Source of the DNA: Lingula anatina
Lineage: Eukaryota; Animalia; Brachiopoda
Direction: 5' to 3'
DNA: 64,000 nt
Assembly (NCBI GenBank): GCA_051362555.1
Contig: CM120649.1
Coordinates: forward strand, 17,436,567 to 17,500,566
Part shown: positions 54,463 to 64,000 of the stretch, one piece after another
Position numbering within the stretch: the first letter of the stretch is position 1
Layout of the letters: each line of letters begins with the position of its first letter
Program-made: the position numbers and the translations under genes
The notes under the pieces: model-generated
Told to the model about the DNA's origin: nothing
The model's database searches: none
What the model saw: the letters and a program-made list of their open reading frames with translations, nothing else

Positions 54463-55655
54463 TATTTACAAACCCCTGAAATTATAGCATTTATTTTTTA
54501 CAATAGCACACATGCTTTCAAAATAACTTCAGATTTCTTCACAAGCTTATACATAAGTGAAAATAAAAAGTGATTAGCAGCAGTTCAAACTTTTCCTTAA
54601 AAATGCTAAATACTATAAGCTAAAAATGGTTACATGGTATATGTATTTTTGTAAAATCACACAAGTTTTAAATATAAAGCTGTTTTTTTTATCTTGCCTT
54701 TTTGTAACCTGAACGTGGATGCTCATATTCCATCTCAATCAGTTATTGCACTTTCAGCTGCACTCTAATAAAAATTGTTTTTCAAAACTAAATTTCTGAC
54801 ATTAGAAATAATGTTAACAAGGAATTATTGTTTTCACTTTGGAAACACTTGGAAAAATATGCAAAATGACAACTCGTTGTTAATATTTATGCCCTTACTC
54901 TATACGTGTGACTTGCAGTAACTGATTTTTAAATTCTGTACAATGCTATATTTATTTCTTATAAAATATTATTATTATTATGACTCTTTTATTTTTATAA
55001 ATATATAAATCTTAATATAAATCCTTACTGATCACATTACCAACAAAGTCATATAAGATCATTTTGTATTGTGCCACAGTTATTTGGAAGAACTCAAACA
55101 TGGTGGCCATTGGTGATGTAAGGCCGTAATGATTTCACTCAAGAAACACTACATCAAATCATGAGCTAGGATTCAAATACCAGTACAACCTTCAAAACTA
55201 CTGTATAGCAACTGAAGCAGATTCTTAATTTTAACCTTTTTCACAGTTTTTCTGTCTGGATTTGATATCTTAATAACATACATATTTTGTTTGGACAGAG
55301 CCATGACCTTCAAATTAAGAAAGCATGTATATTTACAAATTAAACATGCACATTCCCCTGTCTAGTGGGATTGGTATTGGGAAGAATCCAATTAAGCACC
55401 TCTTGGCCATACCAAACATAAGGTGGCCATCGACTGAAGCATAGATGTCACTGCAAAACAAGAATTGCAGCCTTTGCTGTTCTTCTCATTTCACAACGTA
55501 AAAACAATTTTTGCACTGATTTTTGCAGTGGTGCAACGATCTGTGACATTGATTAGGGCAGCTCTGTCACAATGAAGCCAAAAATTATAAATATTTCCAC
55601 TTTGCTTAGGCAAAATTCCTCACTATTTTCCACTGATATGCCACTGCAACTCTCC

Positions 55656-58600
55656 TTAAAAGTAAATTGTTATACTTGGTTTCTTGCCATCTGCTGTCTC
55701 CTGCATGGCATTCTGTGGGAGAGAGTCTGTGCTGCTGTCATATGGGGTCACACTGACATCAGGGTCCAATGGGATCTTTACATGAAACAAATAATATCTA
55801 CAGTTGAAAATGTTGTAAAAGCATAAAGTATTTTCTAATGCTTTCAGAAATTATCCACTATTTGCCATAAGTACCACAAAAAGCTATCACATTTAATTAT
55901 AGCCTAAAGGTACACCTACTCAAGTTGTCAGATTGCAAAAGATTGCAGTACTGCCCTTTTGTAAAATTTACTCAGCGTTCACAAAGTAAAACTTTGTAAT
56001 TCATAATACAAACCTCTGTTTGTGAATCCATGTGACGTGTCTTTCCCCAGGAGAGCTTTTTCACCTTCTTGGCCTTGTTGGCTTTTTCCTGCTGCACCAG
56101 CATCTGTGTGCTACCCTTATGGATACCATTTGGCAAACTTTCAGGCCCCGAGCTATGGATGCTTCCATTTCCTATGGAATTCTGGGACACTATGGAATTA
56201 CGGGATGATATATCTCCATTCGGAGTCTTTGGTTTCATTTCACTGTCACTATCGTTATCGCTGTCTGCGTTCTCATTATATGGAGCGACAGCTGTACCAA
56301 TTTCAATTTCACCCACACCCCGTATTGTGGTATCAACTTCGTCTGTGGATTCTGTCCCATATTGAAAACTGAACGCTGGATTCTCTAAAGCCAGTGGATT
56401 TTCCATGGTGGTTGTCATGGCGTCCAGGTCAATATGGAGGTCAGAATTCACAGACTCTGCAGGCGACAAAGATGGCGCGTAGTTTCTGACTGCTTTTGAT
56501 GTGTTAATGTGGTTGGATTGTTTCTCTGGATTTAGACTTTTTCTAGATAAAAAATAAATAATGAGTGTCAGTGACATTGTACAGGTATAAAATTTCATCC
56601 TTATAGTATAAAATCAAAAAATTTTGTGTAGGCTTTTAGTTTTGTTATCTACTTTGTTGGTAAATATTATAGTTTTAATATGAAAAATATGAAAGAACTG
56701 TTACAGAGAATAAAAGGAAAAAGTTTCTAATGTTAACATTGTTAAATTTGGCCAAAAGCTATACATGGTGTAAATGGTTTTTCATTGTCTGTTTTGTTAT
56801 GATGATCAGAAAGTAAATCATTTCTAAAAAAAGACCAATTTAAATTTAGCTTTTTAACCAGTAAGGTAACATGTTTTAGTTTTCCTCAATGAATCAGTCA
56901 TGATATCAAGGACTCCTGATGAAAGTTCGCAACTTACTGCCCCATAGTTATAATATCGTTTTATTTACTTTATGCAGACATGGTTTACTTTCTTTATTAA
57001 TCTACAGATGGCTTATAAAGATTTCAGTTTTGACTAGTAATGATTAAGCTTTTACTAGCAGCTATATGTTCTAAGCATATCTCTAATGGACGTGTTAATT
57101 TCTGGATAATAAAAAAACCCACTCCAGGATATTAAGAGGTTTACGGTAGGACAAGCAAAGGTTGATATCTATTCTAGACTAAGAGAGAGAATGAAGCAGT
57201 TTGATGACAAGCTCGTAGGGAGGGGGACAGGTGTCCAAGGGTTCAAAGAAACCACCCTTTTGGCCAAAAAATGGTCTCCATTATGTCAAGAGGTTGGGAC
57301 AAGCAAAGGTAAAACATTTATTTTAGGCTTTTAGAGAATAAAGCTGCAGTTCGTTAGGGTTCATGCAGCATTGGCTGGCTGGCTTACAGGCAGATAGTTT
57401 GGGGTTAAAAGAAAACTGCCCCTCTGGCCAAAAAAAAGGTTCACTCTGAATCAAAGCATGGTCTAGGTTCTCTGCCATTTCTCAAGTTGGGTCAAGTTGA
57501 AAAAAGAGGTTCACTTTTTCAGAAAAAGATCTCCCTTTGGATTTGCCTGCTACAGACCTGGATGCTTAGGTTTTTATGGCAAGTTGTATAGCTATCATTA
57601 TGGCAGCTACAAAAACAAGCTCAGGGTGCACTCACAATGAATCTATTTTACTAGGTAGTATGCACTTATTCCACAGGGACTCTTACTGAATGAAATCAGA
57701 TTCACACACCTCCTTTTCCAAGTTTTCCAATTTTTTTCTGTATTCTACTTAATGCCAGGAAAAGGAGTGTTAATCTGTTAAATGTACTGCATTCAGAAAG
57801 AGTCCCCATGGAGCTAGTGTGCACTGGCTAGTACAATAGATTCATTGTGAATGTACCCCCAGATTGCCTAGACTATGTCAGGATGGAGGGGGGAATGTTG
57901 GGGGGGGGGGGGGGGGTCAAGCAGTAACTTTAAACACTCACATTCTTTTGAATATTAAACCAACACGAAAAGATTTAAAACATGCGGTGGCTCTGAAAGA
58001 AAAAGGTTAAGGTTTACATCAAGATGTTAGGTTACACAACATACAGCGTGTTAGGGTAAACTGAAGTTGAATGGTTAATTTTGATGTAGTATAGGGTTGT
58101 TGACTAAATAGATGTTGACATTTATTGGTTAATAACTACTGTAACGGTCAGTTGTCTAACTATTTGATTATGTGGAATCACTATATTCAGTGTTTGCCTC
58201 TTAGGAAAATTAGTTGCTGGACCAAAAGTCCGGCCATCTTGAAAAGTAGCTGGACTGAATGTCTGCCAGGTGGGAAAACTTCTCAGCCCATTCTGAAAGT
58301 TATCAGTCCCAGGCAGACGGTCCAGCGTTCATTTCTAACACTGACTATATTGATTATTTTTTAAATAAATATGTACCACTTGTGAGGCATGACATGAATG
58401 AACATACGTATCTGAACTAGACTAAGATGTAGAAAACGTCTTATCTTAATCACAAACATAATGCTATTAATATCATTAAATTCAGTTAACCAAACAAAAA
58501 TTGTATAGTTAAAAAGAAAAAAAAGGAATCTGGCAAGAAGCAACTGTATACCAGCCATAAGCAAAAAATAATACTGATTCTGTTCATGCATGAATATGAC

Positions 58601-61600
58601 ATGATTCATGCACAAAATACACAAGACATTCCCTAGTATGGAGAAAATCATTCTCTGATAAAAGACATATGATGAACAAATTGCTGTGGCAAACAGGTGA
58701 TAAAATAAAACATCTGACAGCCCCCTGTCTATTTATGTATAATTACTGGTATATAAGAATGATATAAAATAAATAAATGTGGTGATGATGATGATGATGA
58801 AAAGGCAAGTGAATAGATAAAAATAAATAAGGATGATAACATGCTCATGCTTTGTAAAACTTAGAAGAAATGAAATAAACAAAATAATTGTTCCTGATGT
58901 CTGTCATGCTTCAAGCTGTAGGCATTCCAACACAAATGGCTGATGACTGGATACATAGATCTAACTCAATGTGTTAGGTGTGCTCATTCCTATAGCAATT
59001 CTTACCAGTTGTTGTGGATATGATACAGAATTGTGTTGGGATGTGACAACTCCTCCCACCGAATGAGGTATTTGGACCTGTTTGAGGTGTGGTGGTTGCA
59101 CTTCCCACCAAATGTGGTGGACAAAGAAGTATGTGTATTGCTAGATTGTTTGGATGTGACAGTGGTAGGTGTACCGAATGTGGTAGGTGTACCTTTTGAT
59201 TGTGTTGAAATGTGACAGAGGCTCTTCTTAAATGTGGTAAGTGTACTTTCAGATTGTTTTTGTAAGTAGGCCTTTGGATTGTGTCCCAATTGCAGTAGGT
59301 GTGCTCCCAGATTGTGTTGGAATGTAACGTCAGTTTTTCCTACCTATATACACACTATCTACAGTTGTCTACACAAAAGAAGAGATCATCATAAGTCTAT
59401 ACTACTGATGCCACTGGGGGCATACATAGTAGGTTTATAGAGAGGATCAAACTGGGGAGTTCGCAGCTTGCGGTCCTTGTCTATTCTGTAAGTAAACAGA
59501 GAGACACTACACACACAATAGTGATAGATATGGAGTAGCTGTTAAGTAGAGGGAATATGAGACACGTGTCCTGGTTGATTATTATGAGAAACATAGAATA
59601 TTAATTTTCTACTTAATGACAGGTGGGACATGTTTAAGAAATATGGGAAATATCACTAAATACTGAAAAAAGAAAGGATGAAAACACAGAGACAATCTAA
59701 ACAGGTTATAGATACATACATGGTGAAGGTTCTATATCAGATAGAATCAGAAATCAGTAAGTAGGATGGAATGTTACAATAATTCACCTCAGAAGCTTCA
59801 AAAAGGAAACCTTCCTGGGCAAAGATTATTTGCATTTTTATTTGTCTTTGCCCCAAAAACCATGAGGTGACTTAGAAGATATAGTAGCATTTTCAGAGCC
59901 GATTTCTTTAAAAATATCAATCAATCATGGCTGAAAGCTCACCAGACCTTGCCCTCACTGTTGTGAGATTAGAAATCCTCAAATTCTATCTAGGCTACAC
60001 ACTAAAACTAATTCACCAGCATCTACTTACCTTTTCTTTATGTATACCAGAAGCACTATAAGTACAATGAGCAATATTCCCACCAGGGCGCCAAGTATGT
60101 AAATCAAGACATAATCGCCCTCTGCCATTCCTTTCACTTCAGCAGCCGCGGGCATTGTGGGTAGAGGCGGGAACTGGAGTGTGACTTCCGTTATGGCTTG
60201 TCTTGGCGGAATACCATCATCGAAAATTTTCACAGAGAAGGTGTAGGAATTCTGGGTGATGTTTTCCCCATGGGCCAGTATTGTGATCCAACCTCTGGAG
60301 TCGATTTGAAATAGTCTGGAAAATATGTATTAAAATTCTATTGAAGGGGATGTCCATGTATGTAAAATATCTGTTTTTATGATATTTCATGTTGCACATC
60401 ATTGTGCACATCATGTACAAATAAAAAATTGAATTCCACAGTGAGGAGAAAAAATTCAAAGAAACGTAATAAGGAAAGTGATGGAGAAACAGCATTGCCC
60501 CCACCCGCTGCAACAAAACTGAATAATAAAAATAATGATGGTAATAATTATTATATATTAATTAGGCAAACCAACAAAAAACAATCATGTTGATCCTGTC
60601 TTAATATTATAGGTTTGCCGACACACACACACACACACAAGCCAGCAAAAGTTCACTTACTCCTGATACTTCCCCATCTCAAACACAAAACTAGTCATGG
60701 GGTCGGCATCAGTGGCATTAAGTTTCCCCAGCACGGCCCCGTGTGACCTTGACGTGGCATTGAAGTGGTAGCTGTCTGAGGAAACCTGGGGGTTGTTGTC
60801 GTTGACGTTAATCACTGTCACCATTAACAGTGTTGTATCGGTCTGAAATGTAGAGAAAAGTAAACTGATATCGAATGACTGAGATTAGTATCATGGCCTC
60901 AATCCCTCATCCAAGATTTTTCTAAAGGGAGAGAGGGGAATGTACAAGGATAAAATGATTATAATTGTACAATAATCTATAGGCCACAGGTATGGACAAT
61001 TGTAGTTTTTGCTTCTTGTTGCCTGTTATACTCTTCCTCTTTTTTTTTTTTTTTTTTTTTTGGGGGGGGGGGGGGAATGGCAAGGGAGAACATGACACCC
61101 CGAAAGTAAATGAAGGGGCACATGCCTGCTGTTTTCCCTAAGACTGTGATCTGGCCCTGGGTATCCTCTTTATATATGAATATAGAAATTTATTAAGTAA
61201 TAATTTTCATCTGGACTATGACATAGTTCCACAACTTACATAGTTGCCGTCAGTGACTAGTACTGTGGCTGTGATCTGGGTATCCTCTTCATAGTCAATC
61301 TGAGCAGCCGTCCTGATTGTACCACTGAAAGTAATGAAAAAATACAAAAATAGAACTGAAATATTAAAGTTCTTTCTTTCTTTCTTATGTGCAAAATTGG
61401 AGTCAGATTATGCAAAGATATCATTTGCTGAATTTACTAAGAATAAAAATAAAGGGTTTATGAAACATTTATTTTTGTAAGTGGCCTTGTAGTAAAAAAT
61501 AATTTCATAACTTAAATCCCATTTAACTTTTGGTAATTGCTCATTCTTTATCAATTCAAAATTTATGTTCAATTCGATTTTTACCAGGGTAAAATCCTTA

Positions 61601-61727
61601 ACCCTAATAAATACTTAATTAATTAATTTATTTGAATATTATCACAACTTTGGACTTACTTTTGTTCACCTATTTGAAATTTGTCAGAGCCTTTTCCAGG
61701 CCTAAGACTGTATCTGAGATAGGAACC
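55656..61727 (-). CDS. Cadherin-superfamily transmembrane protein, 3' exons (5' part outside the window)
   Basis: Exons 61727-61660, 61324-61240 (GTIRTAAQIDYE), 60842-60661 (VINVNDNNP, ATDAD), 60315-60031 (DDGIPPR, TM LIYILGALVGILLIVLIVLLVYI), optional 57992-57942, 56542-56014 and 55775-55656 (ends ITIYF*). GT-AG with consistent phases. Confidence 0.85.
57621..57861. repeat. Degenerate foldback inverted repeat
   Basis: gggtgcactcacaatgaatctatt...gggactctt is mirrored by aagagtccc...aatagattcattgtgaatgtaccc. Confidence 0.65.
58188..58343. mobile_element. hAT-type MITE (156 bp)
   Basis: CAGTGTT...AACACTG termini with a perfect 8-bp TSD ACTATATT (58180-87, 58344-51). Confidence 0.8.
59389..59485 (-). 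CDS. Candidate alternative terminal exon of the cadherin (short tail IDKDRKLRTPQFDPLYKPTMYAPSGISSIDL*)
   Basis: Acceptor tgtttacttacag; phase matches the TM exon; 31 open codons then TGA. Confidence 0.5.
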
Positions 61728-61771
61728 CTGGAATGTGAAAAGTGAAAGTCAACTATTGAAAAAAAAACTTG

Positions 61772-61814
<43 letters not shown>

Positions 61815-62709
61815 ATGACATAATTCTTTATCTAAAATCAGAATAATTGTATCAACTTAATTTTTTTCATCAGATGCATTTCACTTCTGGAATTTTTGAG
61901 GCAAATTTCTTTTTAATTCTTTTTTTTTTAAATCAAATTATATTCAATTTTTAAAAAAAATTTAAAAATTTCAATAAACGGTGGCCAGTTTATTTCCTTT
62001 TCCTATACTTGATTTATTCTCAAGGGCTTGCTAGAATAACGGCCCAGTTTGTTATGCACAGAAAAACATTACTGGACAATGTTACCGGAAGAGAGTCTTG
62101 AAGGTATAGAAAGAGAAATGAACTGAGTCTATAAGGCAACTCAGTTACTTTGGTTAAAAACTAGTGTGAAACATTTGGTTTAGGATCCACTTTTGAAACT
62201 GTGATAAGTGTAAACAGTGTGTTAAATGTATGTAAGACATGACATTGTGTTAGGTGTGACAAGGTGCTAGGTGCGATATTGCGTTAGGTGTGACAGGGTG
62301 GTAAGTATAAGAAAGTTGACACTGATGTGTCTTGGTGTTCAAATTCATGTAGAGATCAGTACAAAGAGATATATATAATTTGAAGATTTAACAATGCAAA
62401 GTTCAGCAATACCAGATACATATTAAAAAAAAAAAAAAAAACATTACGCAATATTAAACCAAATTAATACACAGAAAAGATGAAAAACCATCACCACCCT
62501 CAGAACAGGCACAGCAATATATCATTTGTTTATAAAATAAAGAAAGTAAAACAAACAACATCTTAGTAAATGAAAACAAGAAGTCAACTGAAACAAGAAA
62601 ATCTGAGTACAATTGTTAGTACGACACATGCAGATCATCACTGTGTAGGTTTTCACAGTCTAGTCTGACACCCAGAGTATCTGGGGTCACTGGAAACTTT
62701 CCTCTACAT

Positions 62710-62879
62710 CAGGTACGGATTGAGGCCGTTTTCTGGGTCTTCCAGAAGATGGTCAGATTTATCCAAGTTTACATTGATGGGTATCAAATTTTTCTGTTGG
62801 AAGATGGTCAAAACATGGAGGATGGATCAACAAAGATAATTTGGAAGACTGTCAGAAAATATCTCTGGGTCCGCCCCTG
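62710..62879. mobile_element. Short dispersed DNA element (same family as 38702-38857)
   Basis: Homologous sequence, CAGG...CCCTG ends, tacat/tatat flanks. Confidence 0.65.
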
Positions 62880-63314
62880 TATATTACTGGGAATGACAGA
62901 GGCACATGTATGCTGATGATATAGCAGTGTGCTTCCAGTGACTTCTGAAACATGGGGTAAGACATGACAGCTTAACTTGGCAACATTTTCTCCCAGTTAG
63001 ACCATAAATTCTCAACTGATGAAATCGTCTCTTTGTGGTTTAGACCATTCTGAAAATCACATGGTCAGTGGAAATAATGTGTTGCCAACTTAGCCATCAC
63101 AACCCGAGTTCCGTGCATCCTGAATTTCAGAGATATCTGGAGACTAACCATCAGCAGTAGCAATTAAGCTGTGATGGAGATATGACACTATTGGTCATAA
63201 GTTTCCAGAAATCTCTGAAACTCAGGGAAGTAGTCTGTAGAATTGCCTCACAAAGAACAGGTGCCCCTTCATGCTATGGGACACGGTGAATACTCCATCA
63301 TTGTTTTTACCCAC

Positions 63315-63332
63315 CTGAGGCTGAGACCCATC
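63315..63332 (-). CDS. Candidate 18-nt cadherin microexon (DGSQPQ)
   Basis: ttttgtttccccag|GATGGGTCTCAGCCTCAG|gtgggt; phase 0 joins to GSYLRYSL of the next exon. Confidence 0.5.
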
Positions 63333-63942
63333 CTGGGGAAACAAAATTACCACATGTTGCTATAGAAACACATAGACCTGTCATGTTATATAATTTATGC
63401 ATGCATTTTTTTGCACAATGTGGTCAAGTTTTGATCTCAATTTACCGGGTATAATTTAAATTTAAACTTATTACTGACCTTGATATAATGTGTGGATATT
63501 ATCTGTCACCAAGAAGGAAATCAAATTTATCTCATGTCAGTTTTGTCTTTTCTTAGTTTTCTTTAATTTCATCACTATTTTCCAAATTTTGAGAAAAGTG
63601 TTACATCTAAATGTTACATCTCAGTATCTTAATTTCAGATATATCTGGTTCAATTTATAACATATATGACTTCACTTTGTTGCTGACAAATCATACAGCT
63701 CAATACATCCATGCAGTTAACATGACAACTATTAAATCATAACAAGCACATTTGTATTTTATTTGATCAGCAGCTCTAGCATTAGTATGCACTGACTTTT
63801 GAAAAAAGTCCATGTGTTTTGACAAACTTACCATTTTACTAATCTAAATATTTTACCAAGGATCATGTAATAAATCAAACAAGCTCTGATTGTCAAACAA
63901 TCAAAAGCTGTAGAAGTGATTTTCAACAAATTGTCAGTGGGT

Positions 63943-64000
63943 AGTATCCACAAGTCAGTGAGCAGTATCCACATGTCAGTGTCTGGTATCCACATGTCAT
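63943..64000. repeat. 21-bp tandem repeat running off the window end
   Basis: gtatccacaNgtcagtg unit present about three times. Confidence 0.7.

Noticed and set aside
59000-59330. Thr-rich ORF 59002..59289 and degenerate tgtggtaggtgt repeats
   Set aside because: Degenerate minisatellite-like sequence in intron/UTR with no splice support.
20732-61727. LHFPL plus cadherin as an LHFPL5-PCDH15 mechanotransduction cluster
   Set aside because: The tetraspan resembles LHFPL6 rather than LHFPL3/4/5, and the cadherin cannot be assigned to PCDH15 from the visible part.
1-64000. CRISPR arrays, rRNA/tRNA genes, prokaryotic operons
   Set aside because: None seen. The window is eukaryotic with spliceosomal introns, and no repeat-spacer array or cloverleaf was recognised by eye.

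Overview
AT-rich, intron-containing animal genomic DNA, probably from a lophotrochozoan or other marine invertebrate (inferred, not proven). (1) 0.7-17.2 kb: a tandem array of five GT11 alpha-1,2-fucosyltransferase-like genes with intronless CDSs (four intact, one frameshifted). They alternate with four internally deleted 'mini' paralogs in which a C-rich/(CA)n tract replaces the catalytic core. All full copies have non-canonical, copy-variable active-site motifs, and copy 4 is a mosaic. (2) 20.7-41.5 kb, minus strand: an LHFPL6/LHFP-like tetraspan gene with 3 coding exons. It is head-to-head with (3) a complete 19-exon COG6 gene (41.9-50.8 kb, plus), the same divergent pairing I recall for human chr13. 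(4) 55.6-64 kb, minus strand: the 3' part of a cadherin-superfamily gene with candidate alternative cytoplasmic tails and an 18-nt microexon. Several DNA transposon relics are interspersed: a degenerate Tc1, a deleted hAT-like element with a Zn-finger ORF, and Harbinger-, MULE- and hAT-type MITEs. Most short ORFs in the track are spurious.
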